Below, piece by piece: positions 24,456 to 33,432 of a stretch of 64,000 bases of DNA (its first letter is position 1; every line of letters starts with the position of its first letter). Location of the stretch: positions 366,491 to 430,490 of the forward strand of contig CAWANH010000028.1 in the NCBI GenBank assembly GCA_963783375.1, in the 5' to 3' direction. This stretch comes from Candidatus Eiseniibacteriota bacterium. GTDB taxonomy: Bacteria > Eisenbacteria > RBG-16-71-46 > JABDJR01. The notes below the pieces were generated by a model, which was not told where the DNA came from, did not search any database, and was given only the letters and a program-made list of their open reading frames with translations. Made by a program: the position numbers and the translations under genes.

Positions 24456-24687
24456 GGGATGGCTCCTTTCAAACCGAACCGAAATGATCGCATGTCGAGG
24501 CGCCGTGGTGGAGATCGTCTTGAGGGCCGGCTCGGGTTGTACCCGGGTATCTTGGCTTTACGTAATGACTTAATGGTCTTGATTATTGTAACGTACCGCT
24601 CGCGGCGAGCCGGTCGGCCCGGGCCAGGACCGACCCGCCCCGACCACCTTCGATTGACGATGAGCCCCAGAGCCGATCGGCCGGCGG

Positions 24688-27414
24688 CTACTTCATCAGG
24701 AGCGCCTTCCGCACCTGGCTCTGCTCCCCCGCTCGGAGCCGGATCAGGTAGAACCCCGCGGCGGCACGGCCGCCGGTCGCCAGCCGGCCGTCCCATGATG
24801 CCTCGTGCGCCCCCGCCGGTTCCGTCCCCTCCACCAGCATCGCCACGCGGCGCCCCTGCACGTCGAACACGTCCACGCGGACCTGGGTCGCACGCGGCAG
24901 GGTGTAGGCGATCCGCGTCGCTTCCCGGAACGGGTTCGGGCTGGCCGGCGCCATGGCGAACGCGAACCGAGCCGCCGCCGCCGGGAGCGTCACCGGCCCC
25001 AGCCACCTCGTCCCCCCGCTTCGCGCCCGCTCGGCCAGCCAGTAGTCGGCGGCGGTGGCCGGAGCTTCGGCGTCCACGAACTCGTAGTGGGTGGAACCGG
25101 AGACCAGCCCGTCGTTCAGCTTCACCCGCTCCCCCGCTCCCACCTGGCGGTACACGTCGAACCCGGCGTGGTCCGTCGCCTCGGCCACCGACCACCGGAG
25201 CGCCGCGCCTTCCGGCGCGCGGGTGACGGTGAAGCTCGACAGCCTCACCGGGATGGGCTGCTCCGCGGAGCGGAACCAGTCGATGCTCCGGTTGAACACC
25301 TCCTGGGCCTGGGCGGGCTTCATCCAGTAGAGATCGAAGCCGAACCACTGGACCGCCCCCTGGGAGGGATTCGGGTTCATGTCGTGCCAGCGGATCGCGG
25401 TAAGCTTCAGGTCGTAGTGTGAGTTCAGCGCCTTGGCCCGGTAGACATAGAGCGAGTCGAGTACCCCGGTGAACCCCGGGATGTCCCCGGCTTCGATCGG
25501 GTCGAACACCGCGTCCGCGAACGGGATCGACTGCCGGAAGGGATTCCAGCGGTCGGGATCCTGTTGGAGGCCCGGATAAATGACCGGCTTCCCGGGGAAG
25601 GGATCCGCCCCTACCATGTTGTCGGTCGAACGGGTGCCCAGCCGGTTCCCGGCCAGGGCGTTCTCGATCCGACCCGAGGCCAGCTTCATGAAATCGTAGG
25701 CGAAGTCCCCGGGCGCGGGGGCCAAGGGATAATTGGTGGGCGCGCTGGTCACGCCCCGCATCATGCCGGCGACGGTCTGGCTACCCACCACCCACAACTG
25801 TCCTCCGGCGGCCATGTACGCCTGCAGGTTACGGTTCCGGTACCCGGTCGACTGGTAGAGCGCGCTCAGCCCGTTGTAGCCGAGGTCCGCGTACCAGATG
25901 AGGAGCCGGTAACGTCCCAAGACACTTAGATCCGGGGGCAGCGGCGGGAGATACTGCGAGTCGTTCAACCCGTAACAATCATAGCTCCACACGCTGTCGG
26001 AGGGGGTGCCGCCGAAGCGCCCCGAGTTGTCGAAGAGCTGCTGCCAGAAGGCGTCCACCGTCTGGTCGGTCGGCTCGACGGTCCCGCCCAGACTCTTCAG
26101 GTCGTCCACCCACAGCGTGCTGCGGTCGAAGGGCATGGGGACCACGTGCAGAACCACGGCCAGCCGGCTGATCGAGCCCTGGCTGTCCCGCGCCTCCACG
26201 TACAGGGTGTGGTCGCCCGGGTCGGGGAACCGGATCTCGGGGAGGGCGTTGCGATCGGCCCACGCCGACCAGCCCGTCTCACCGTTCGGATCGGTAAGAT
26301 CGATACCCCAACGATTCTCCGCGCATACTCCGCCGTACGTTTCCGCGCTGCAGAACACCCGGACGTGTAGAGGGGTGGCCTGGGGAACGTCCCGCTCCAC
26401 CAGGGTGTCGGACCCGCTTCCCTCGATGAGACCCAGAATCGGGTCGTCCAGGAGAATCGTGGGGCTGGGCGGGACGGCGAGCGCTTTGATCTTGACGACG
26501 TTTCTGGCGATATCCAGGAACGGCTCGGCGGCGCCGTCGGCGTCCACCGCCCGCACGCCAAGGAGATACTCCCCGCCCGGCTCCAGGCTCAGCTGGACGG
26601 GGAAGGCGTCCGTGCTCTCGTAGATCCACGGCCCGCCCCGCGTGAACAGGAAGCTGATGGGCACCAGATAGAGGGGCGGTGGGGGATACAGCGTGTCGAC
26701 GCGCAGGAGCTTGTAGAGGTAGCCCGCGGGGGAATCGGGGGTGTCGGCGTCCGTCCCGGCCGGTACCACCTGCAGGTTGGGCCCGGCGTAGATGTAGCTG
26801 GAGCTGGTCTGGCCGGAGAGGTCGGGGCTCGCGATCACCGACTGCGGGGTATGGTTGAGAGCCTTGAAGCTCGATCCTGTCCCGCCGTAGGCCCCGTTAC
26901 CGTCCAGCGCCCGGACGTAGAGCTCGTGCAGGCCGTAGTAGTCGCCCGACGGGGCAGGACAGCACCCCACGACGGCGGAGTCCGGATAAGGAGCGGTGAA
27001 CACGAAGTTCCGGCTCGTGTCCGGGGTCTCGATCCAGTCGAAGGTGTAGACGGTGCCGCCGTCGTCCTTGGAGACCCGCAGGGTGTCGCTATCCGGCCCC
27101 GGCCCCGGAACGACCTGGATCGTGATCCCCGGGTAGTCCTCGGGGTGCAGCACTTCGTCCTCGGTGAACGCGGCGGGCGGATCCAGCGCGTACTCGGACC
27201 GGACGATCCCCACGCCGCCGCCATCGACGCTCCAGATCGCATCGCTTCGATAGGGCACGGAGGTGCCCGCCGCAGGAGCCAGAAGGGTCACGACTGGCTC
27301 GGCAAGTACCCCCGGCACCGATCCCGGTCCGATCAAGCCCAGGATCAGAAGGCACGCGGAGAGAATCAAGCGATCCGGGTTCTTCCAAGAGGAAGTCGAG
27401 TCCGTCCTGCGCAT
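24688..27414 (-). CDS. Secreted protein (908 aa) with signal peptide and C-terminal T9SS type-A sorting domain; function unknown.
   Basis: ATG at 27414: MRRTDSTSSWKNPDRLILSACLLILGLIGPGSVPGVLA. C-terminus ASPNPFREATRIAYTLPRATQVRVDVFDVQGRRVAMLVEG...AGFYLIRLRAGEQSQVRKALLMK. Upstream codons of ORF 24688..28935 are antisense to the GH53 gene and were rejected. Confidence 0.6.
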   Translation of the reverse strand: MRRTDSTSSWKNPDRLILSACLLILGLIGPGSVPGVLAEPVVTLLAPAAGTSVPYRSDAIWSVDGGGVGIVRSEYALDPPAAFTEDEVLHPEDYPGITIQVVPGPGPDSDTLRVSKDDGGTVYTFDWIETPDTSRNFVFTAPYPDSAVVGCCPAPSGDYYGLHELYVRALDGNGAYGGTGSSFKALNHTPQSVIASPDLSGQTSSSYIYAGPNLQVVPAGTDADTPDSPAGYLYKLLRVDTLYPPPPLYLVPISFLFTRGGPWIYESTDAFPVQLSLEPGGEYLLGVRAVDADGAAEPFLDIARNVVKIKALAVPPSPTILLDDPILGLIEGSGSDTLVERDVPQATPLHVRVFCSAETYGGVCAENRWGIDLTDPNGETGWSAWADRNALPEIRFPDPGDHTLYVEARDSQGSISRLAVVLHVVPMPFDRSTLWVDDLKSLGGTVEPTDQTVDAFWQQLFDNSGRFGGTPSDSVWSYDCYGLNDSQYLPPLPPDLSVLGRYRLLIWYADLGYNGLSALYQSTGYRNRNLQAYMAAGGQLWVVGSQTVAGMMRGVTSAPTNYPLAPAPGDFAYDFMKLASGRIENALAGNRLGTRSTDNMVGADPFPGKPVIYPGLQQDPDRWNPFRQSIPFADAVFDPIEAGDIPGFTGVLDSLYVYRAKALNSHYDLKLTAIRWHDMNPNPSQGAVQWFGFDLYWMKPAQAQEVFNRSIDWFRSAEQPIPVRLSSFTVTRAPEGAALRWSVAEATDHAGFDVYRQVGAGERVKLNDGLVSGSTHYEFVDAEAPATAADYWLAERARSGGTRWLGPVTLPAAAARFAFAMAPASPNPFREATRIAYTLPRATQVRVDVFDVQGRRVAMLVEGTEPAGAHEASWDGRLATGGRAAAGFYLIRLRAGEQSQVRKALLMK

Positions 27415-27732
27415 GGCGCCCCCGATTCGTTTCAAACCCTGGATCATTGCGGCCGCGGGGGATCGCGGGGCGCCGGTGGGGGGAATTCCTCGGGCGCCGG
27501 GATGCGAATCCATTCTATAGCACAAGCCCGGACTTGTGATGCGGAAACAGGACACGGCGCGAGCCCGCCTTCCCGCCCCCGGGCAGAAACCGGACACCGG
27601 TGCTACACTCCGCCCCCGAATCGCCGGTCCCGGAACCGGCCCAAGCCCAAGGAGGTTCGTCCGTTGCTCTCCGGCTCCTTCACGCCCGTCGATACCCGAC
27701 CGCATCGCTCGGTTTTCCGGCCGGCCGTCGCC

Positions 27733-28866
27733 ATGCTGCTCCTCGCGGCGGCCGGTTTGCTCGGGAACTCCCTGGCTCCGGCGCCGGTTCACGCCCGGCC
27801 CCTGAACGATCCCCCCGACACCCTGGCCTTCATGCTCGGCGCCGACCTGTCGTATCTGGCCCAGCTCGAGGCCTCGGGGGCGGCGTACACCGAGAAGGGG
27901 GAGACCCGCGACCCGATTCGTCTCCTGCGCGCGAACGGGATCGACACCATCAGACTTCGCCTCTGGCACACCCCGGCCTCCGGGCACGACGACCTGGCCG
28001 AGACCATCCGGATGGCCCAGCGCGCCCGCGCCGCCGGGCTCCGCATCCTCCTCGACATCCAGTACTCCGATACCTGGGCCGATCCCGGCCACCAGACCAA
28101 ACCGGCGGCGTGGAAGAACCTGGATTTCGAGGAACTCCAGAAGAGCGTCCGTTCCTATACCGCCACCGCGGTCGGCGCCCTGCGCATGGCCAACGCCCTG
28201 CCGGAGGTAGTCCAGGTCGGAAACGAGATCACCGGCGGGTTCCTCTGGGACGACGGACGGGTGGACGGCGCCCACGGGGACGACCAACAATGGCGCCGGT
28301 TCGCCGCGCTCCTGAACGCGGCCATCGCCGGGGTGCATGACCCGCTGGACAGGAACGACCACGTACAGGTCATGATCCACATCGACCGTGGCGGAGACCC
28401 GGCCGGGGCCCGGGCCTTTTTCGACCGGCTCCAGGACGAGAAGGTCTCCTTCGACGTGATCGGCCTTTCCTACTACCCCTGGTGGCAGGGATCGATGGAC
28501 GATCTGTCCCGGACCATGAACGTCCTTGCCGACCGGTACGGGAAGCCGATCGTGGTGGCCGAGACCGCCTACCCATGGACCCTGTCCTGGTTCGACGACG
28601 TGCACAACGTGGTGGGAGAGCCGGACCAGATTCTTCCCGCCTACGAAGCCACCCCCGAGGGGCAGGCCGCGTTCCTCCGCGACCTCCTGAAGACGGTCGC
28701 CGCGGTTCCCGGGGGCCTCGGCCGGGGGGTCGTCTACTGGTCCCCCGAAGACGTCTCCGTTCCCAACGTCGGCTCGAGCTGGGAGAACCTGACCCTCTTC
28801 GACTACAACGGCGATATCCTCCCCGCGGCCGGCGCGTTCAAGGAGTTCCGCGCGGCGCGGCCCTAG
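27733..28866 (+). CDS. Glycoside hydrolase family 53 endo-beta-1,4-galactanase (arabinogalactan endo-galactosidase), secreted.
   Basis: ATG at 27733: MLLLAAAGLLGNSLAPAPVHA. GADLSYLAQLEASGAAYTEKGETRDPIRLLRANGIDTIRLRLW (GH53 N-terminal signature), acid/base VQVGNEI and nucleophile VVAETAYPW. Confidence 0.8.
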   Translation: MLLLAAAGLLGNSLAPAPVHARPLNDPPDTLAFMLGADLSYLAQLEASGAAYTEKGETRDPIRLLRANGIDTIRLRLWHTPASGHDDLAETIRMAQRARAAGLRILLDIQYSDTWADPGHQTKPAAWKNLDFEELQKSVRSYTATAVGALRMANALPEVVQVGNEITGGFLWDDGRVDGAHGDDQQWRRFAALLNAAIAGVHDPLDRNDHVQVMIHIDRGGDPAGARAFFDRLQDEKVSFDVIGLSYYPWWQGSMDDLSRTMNVLADRYGKPIVVAETAYPWTLSWFDDVHNVVGEPDQILPAYEATPEGQAAFLRDLLKTVAAVPGGLGRGVVYWSPEDVSVPNVGSSWENLTLFDYNGDILPAAGAFKEFRAARP

Positions 28867-28903
28867 ACTCCGCGGCCCACCCGCCCACCACCGAGGAGGC
28901 GTC

Positions 28904-29338
28904 ATGGCTCCCGAAAACGATCCCGTCCTCGACACCGCCCGCCGCTTCGCCGAGGCTCTCGACCGCGAGGATTACGTCGCGGCGGCGGCCCTACTCACCC
29001 CCGACACCCGGTATCGGATCGGCGACGATGAGTTCGTGGGCGCCGAGGCCATCGTCGCCTCGTACCGAGAGAACGGCGAGTGGGCGCTGGCCACCCTGGA
29101 CGCGGTGAGCTACGAAAGTCGCGTGGAGGCCGCGGGCCCCGGGCGGGCGGCGATCACCTTCGTGGACCACCTGGAACATGCGTTGCGCCGGCACACCCAC
29201 ACCTGCCGCCAGGAGATCACGGTGGGCCCGGACGGCCGGATCACCGGGATCGAGCACCACGATCTTCCCGGCGAGCCGGAGCGCCTCGACGCGTTCTTCC
29301 GCGAAACCGGGGTCAAGCGGTCCGGGGACCACCCGTGA
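28904..29338 (+). CDS. NTF2-like / SnoaL-like superfamily protein (hypothetical).
   Basis: 144 aa, cone-shaped alpha+beta fold pattern (FAEALDREDYVAAAALLTPDTRYRI...). Weak family call. Confidence 0.4.
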   Translation: MAPENDPVLDTARRFAEALDREDYVAAAALLTPDTRYRIGDDEFVGAEAIVASYRENGEWALATLDAVSYESRVEAAGPGRAAITFVDHLEHALRRHTHTCRQEITVGPDGRITGIEHHDLPGEPERLDAFFRETGVKRSGDHP

Positions 29339-29396
29339 GCCCCACCGCACTCCCCGAACGGAGCCCGGCAACGCGGTAATCCCCGCGGAGGATCCC

Positions 29397-29852
29397 ATGC
29401 CCGATTCCCTCAGCCAGCTCATCCCCGACATCCAGGCCGCGATCGGCCCGGTGATCCTCATCTCCGGGGTGGGGCTCCTCCTCCTCACCATGACCAACCG
29501 GTACGGCCGGATCATCGACCGCTGCCGTCACCTCGCGGCGGAGGCGCCCACCGCCCACGGCGCCGGCCGGGCGAAGAAGCTCACCCAGCTCACCATTCTC
29601 TCCCGGCGGCTCCGCATCATGCGATCTTCCATCTTCCTGGCCACGCTCTGCGTGCTCTTCGTGAGCCTCCTCATCATCGTTCTCTTCCTGGCCTCGATGC
29701 TGAGGACCCAGGCGACCTGGCTGGTAGTGTCGTTCTTCGTGGCCGCGCTGATCTGCCTGATCCTCTCCCTGATCGCCTTCATGCGGGACATCCACATCTC
29801 CCTGGTGGCGGTGGAACTGGAGCTGCGGCAGGAGGACGCCGGCCCGGAGTGA
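29397..29852 (+). CDS. DUF2721-family small membrane protein.
   Basis: ATG at 29397: MPDSLSQLIPDIQAAIGPVILISGVGLLLLTMTNRYGRIIDRCRHL... plus two further TM helices. 151 aa. Confidence 0.55.
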   Translation: MPDSLSQLIPDIQAAIGPVILISGVGLLLLTMTNRYGRIIDRCRHLAAEAPTAHGAGRAKKLTQLTILSRRLRIMRSSIFLATLCVLFVSLLIIVLFLASMLRTQATWLVVSFFVAALICLILSLIAFMRDIHISLVAVELELRQEDAGPE

Positions 29853-29933
29853 CTCCGGGCGCCCGCACCGCCCGCCGAGGCCTCGGCGGGCGCGCACCGG
29901 GGCCGGGGCCGCCGCCGGCCGGCCGAGAAGACC

Positions 29934-30488
29934 CTACCCGGCTACCCGCACCAGCAACGCCTTCAGCGAATCGTAGTTGGCGGGGACGGAGAGGTCGTGC
30001 TCGGTGAGGTTGTAGACCGCGGCGACGCGGTTCTCGGGGTCGAGCACCACGACGTCCCGGTAGGTCACCTTCCAGTCGCTCCAGACGTGCTCGGAGTCGG
30101 TGTCCTGGAGCCAGGGGATGGTCCTTCCGGACACGATGAGGGAGTTTCCCGACTCCTGCCCGGCTTCGTTGATCCCCAGGATCCGGATCGGGTGTGCGGT
30201 GTTGACGCTGTCGATCTCGCCCTGCATCCGGTTCAGGAAGCCGAACTGGCTCCGGCAGTAGCCTCAGGTCGAGTGTCCGAAGTACCAGGCCGAGACGTCG
30301 CCCAGCTCGTCGCGGGGGGAGACCGTGGAGTCGTGGGTGGCGGAGTTGGGGTTGACGTCGGTGAGGGCGAAATCGGGAACCTCGTCCCCGACCGGCACCC
30401 GGGGTTTGGTCGGGGTGTCGTCGCCGCATCCCGCGGCCAGGATCAGGGCAGCAAACAGGATCGGGAGCAGGTGTCTGAGTCGGAACAT
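29934..30488 (-). CDS. Candidate selenoprotein: thioredoxin-fold (TlpA/redoxin-like) lipoprotein with in-frame UGA (30266..30264) at the first position of the CxxC motif (read as U-G-Y-C), 184 codons.
   Basis: ATG 30488 preceded by GAGGGGAGACC. MFRLRHLLPILFAALILAAGCGDD (signal peptide + lipobox-like AGC) ...VPDFALTDVNPNS...SAWYFGHST-[TGA]-GYCRSQFGFLNR-MQGEIDSVNTAHPIRILGINEAGQESGNSLIVSGRTIPWLQDTDSEHVWSDWKVTYRDVVVLDPENRVAAVY. ORFs 30264..30590 and 29934..30227 are in the same frame and separated only by the TGA and 12 codons. Hairpin GGAGCC-AGUUC-GGCUUC (30253..30237) begins 10 nt 3' of the UGA. Confidence 0.55.
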
Positions 30489-30725
30489 GGTCTCCCCTCG
30501 GGCGGACGGTGCGGCGAAGCGGCGGGGATCGGGCGGTTGAGCGCCGGTCCGGGCGCGTCCGTTCATGCTACCAGATCGCTCCGGGCCCACCTTCCCGGAC
30601 GCGGCGGGAAACTTTTGAACCTTTCCGGTCCGGGACTCGTCCTACCTAGTGGCCGACGAGGTGCGGCCGCCCCTCAGCTTACCCATAACCTGTTTGCAAA
30701 CAAGCAGTTGGAAAGCGGAGTCGCC

Positions 30726-33431
30726 ATGCCCCACTCGCCCCGGTGTGTCCCCGGGACGGGCCCCCTGCGCCTGCCCCTGCTCGTCGCTTGCTTCGCGCTC
30801 GCGGTTCTGGGGGCGGACGGCCGTGCCGTGACCCCGGCCGCCGCCGCTCCCCCACCCGAGGCCCCAAAGCGCTACGAGGCGCACCGCCTCACCACCCCCG
30901 TCCGCGTCGACGGGGTGCTGGACGAAGCGGCCTGGCAGGGTCCCGGGAACGAGGGCCTCATCCAGAACGAACCTCTGAACGGGGTCGCCCCGGCGCAGAA
31001 GAGCGTGTGGTGGATCGCCTACGACCAGGACGCGCTCTACGCCGCGTTCCGGTTCTACGACGCGGCCCCTGAGTCCATCGACACCTCGATCGCCCGGCGG
31101 GACGGCGACCTCAACACCGACATGGCGATCCTGGAGCTGGACCCCTACAACGACGACCGGAACGGGTACCTCTTCCTGGTCGGGGCCGGGGGCTACGTCT
31201 ACGACTCGGCCATGTACAACGACGGCTCCGAGGACCCGTCGTGGGACGGCGTCTGGGACTCCGCAGCGCGGGTGGACTCCCTGGGCTGGACTGCCGAGTT
31301 GCGGATCCCCCTGAACCAGATCCGCTTCCCCAACCGGGAGGACCAGGTCTGGGGGGTCAACGTGAGCCGGCGGATCAAGCGCACCCACGGGCGGGACGAC
31401 CTCTTCCTGCGTCCCCGAAACGAGTCCGGCCACATCAGCCGCTTCCCCGACCTGGCCGGGCTTCACGGGATCCGGAACCGGGCGGACCGCGAAGCCATCC
31501 TCTACGGGGTGGGAAAGGGCGAGTACCTCCAGCACCCGGCCGGGGACCCCTTCAACGACGGCTCGGCCTATCGCTACCAGATGGGCGGGGACCTCAAGTG
31601 GGGTCTCACCAGCAACCTGAACCTGAACGCCACCCTGAACCCCGACTTCGGCCAGGTGGAGGTGGACCCCGCGGTGGTGAACCTGTCCGACTCCGAGACG
31701 TTTTTCAACGAGAAGCGGCCGTTCTTCGTCGAGGACAGCAACATCTTCTCGTTCGGAAACGGCGGCACCTCCAGCAACTGGAACTTCAACTGGAGCGATC
31801 CCCAGCTCTTCTATTCGCGGCGGATCGGGCGGAACCCGCAGCTCGGGCCGACGGGGAACCCGGAGTTCACCGACCGGCCCGACGGCACCACCATTCTCGG
31901 CGCGGCCAAGGCCACCGGGAAGATCGGCGGGGCGGAGATCGGCGCCCTGGGCGCGCTCACCGACAAGGAGACCTTCCGGCTCTCCGACGGCGCCCGGGAG
32001 TGGAGCCAGCTCGCCGAGCCCATGACCGGGTACACCGCCCTCCGGGTGAACCGGAACGCCCACGACCGTCGCTCCGCGGTGGGGGCCATGTTCACCGCGG
32101 TCCGGCGGGACCTGAGCGATAGCTTGAGCCGGGCCACCCTGGTGCGCGGGGCCTACGCCGGGGGCATCGACGGCTGGACGAAGTTCGGGGCCAACGACGC
32201 GTGGGCGGTGCGGGGATACCTGGCCGGAAGCCTCGTGGAGGGCGATGCGGCCGCCCTGGCCGGCGAACAGACCAGCTCGCGACGCTACTATCAGCGGCCC
32301 GACGCGTCCCATCTTCACTACGACTCGTTGCGAACCTCGCTCTCCGGATGGATCTCCCGGGTCCTGGTGAACCGCGAGAAGGGGAACCTCATGTTCAACG
32401 CGTCCCTCGGCGCGTCCTCTCCCGGCTTCGAGATCAACGACCTGGGGTACAACTCCCGGAGCGACCTCATCAACACCAGCGTGGTGGCGGGGCACCAGTG
32501 GACCGAGCCGGACCGGTTCTTCCGGGACAAGTGGATCGCCATGACCACCTACTGGACGTGGGATTTCGGGGGAACCCGGAACGGCGGCGGCCTGGGGCCC
32601 TTCTTCGGCGCCGACTTCGCGAACTACTGGTCGATGGACGGCCACCTGTTCCTGAACCCCCGGGCGGACAACACCCGGGCGACCCGGGGCGGGCCCATCA
32701 TGCGATCGCCGGTGAACCGGGAGATCGAACTCGCCCTCTCCACCGATTCACGGAAGGCGTACCAGGTGAACTTTTCCGGCTTCGTCTTCGGCGACGGGGC
32801 CGGGAGCAACGGGCAGAGCGGGGAAATCACCCTCTCGGTCCGGCCCACCCCGGCCCTGAAGTTGAGCTTCGGGCCCTATTACGAACGGACCCACGATACC
32901 TACCATTACGTCACCACGGTGGCCGACGCCGCGGCTACCGGAACCTACGGCCACCGCTACGTCTTCGCCGACCTCATGTACCGCGAGATCACCATGAGCA
33001 CCCGGGTGGACTGGGCGTTCACCCCGCGTCTCACCCTTCAGACCTACGTCCAGCCCCTGATCGCGGTCGGGGACTACAGCGGGTTGAAGGAGTTCTCGGA
33101 CCCGGGTGGGTTCGCCTTCCGGAAGTACGGGGAAGACGGGGGGGCGATCTCGCGGGACCCGGCTTCGGGCGACTACGCGGTGGACCCCGGAGACGGCGGG
33201 CAGAGCTTCAAGGTCGGAAACCCCGACTTCAACTTCAAGTCGCTCCGGCTGAACCTGGTGCTCCGGTGGGAGTACCGGCCCGGCTCCACCCTCTTCCTGG
33301 CCTGGACCCGGAACGGGACCGACACCGGGCACCCCGGGGACCTGGCCTTCGGGCGGGACCTGGACGCGCTCTTCTCCGCCCGGACCGACGACGTGGTTCT
33401 GGTCAAGGTGACGCGGTGGCTGGATTTCTAG
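30726..33431 (+). CDS. DUF5916-family secreted / outer-membrane-type protein with an N-terminal CBM9-like (DOMON-like) domain.
   Basis: ATG 30726 with GGAG upstream: MPHSPRCVPGTGPLRLPLLVACFALAVLG (signal peptide). VRVDGVLDEAAWQGPGNEGLIQNEP...WWIAYDQDALYAAFRFYD (CBM9-like). Long beta-rich region ending ...VLVKVTRWLDF, a C-terminal Phe typical of OM beta-barrels. 901 aa. Confidence 0.5.
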   Translation: MPHSPRCVPGTGPLRLPLLVACFALAVLGADGRAVTPAAAAPPPEAPKRYEAHRLTTPVRVDGVLDEAAWQGPGNEGLIQNEPLNGVAPAQKSVWWIAYDQDALYAAFRFYDAAPESIDTSIARRDGDLNTDMAILELDPYNDDRNGYLFLVGAGGYVYDSAMYNDGSEDPSWDGVWDSAARVDSLGWTAELRIPLNQIRFPNREDQVWGVNVSRRIKRTHGRDDLFLRPRNESGHISRFPDLAGLHGIRNRADREAILYGVGKGEYLQHPAGDPFNDGSAYRYQMGGDLKWGLTSNLNLNATLNPDFGQVEVDPAVVNLSDSETFFNEKRPFFVEDSNIFSFGNGGTSSNWNFNWSDPQLFYSRRIGRNPQLGPTGNPEFTDRPDGTTILGAAKATGKIGGAEIGALGALTDKETFRLSDGAREWSQLAEPMTGYTALRVNRNAHDRRSAVGAMFTAVRRDLSDSLSRATLVRGAYAGGIDGWTKFGANDAWAVRGYLAGSLVEGDAAALAGEQTSSRRYYQRPDASHLHYDSLRTSLSGWISRVLVNREKGNLMFNASLGASSPGFEINDLGYNSRSDLINTSVVAGHQWTEPDRFFRDKWIAMTTYWTWDFGGTRNGGGLGPFFGADFANYWSMDGHLFLNPRADNTRATRGGPIMRSPVNREIELALSTDSRKAYQVNFSGFVFGDGAGSNGQSGEITLSVRPTPALKLSFGPYYERTHDTYHYVTTVADAAATGTYGHRYVFADLMYREITMSTRVDWAFTPRLTLQTYVQPLIAVGDYSGLKEFSDPGGFAFRKYGEDGGAISRDPASGDYAVDPGDGGQSFKVGNPDFNFKSLRLNLVLRWEYRPGSTLFLAWTRNGTDTGHPGDLAFGRDLDALFSARTDDVVLVKVTRWLDF

Positions 33432-33432
33432 G

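Noticed and set aside
30264-30266. Reading the TGA as an ordinary stop, giving two small genes (74-aa lipoprotein fragment + 97-aa ORF)
   Set aside because: It would split a single thioredoxin fold between the two Cys of its CxxC motif. The two ORFs are in the same frame and there is a hairpin immediately 3' of the TGA, so Sec read-through (or, less attractively, a nonsense pseudogene) is the better explanation. See the first finding.
30642-32645. 667-aa minus-strand ORF
   Set aside because: Antisense to the DUF5916 gene; low-complexity translation.
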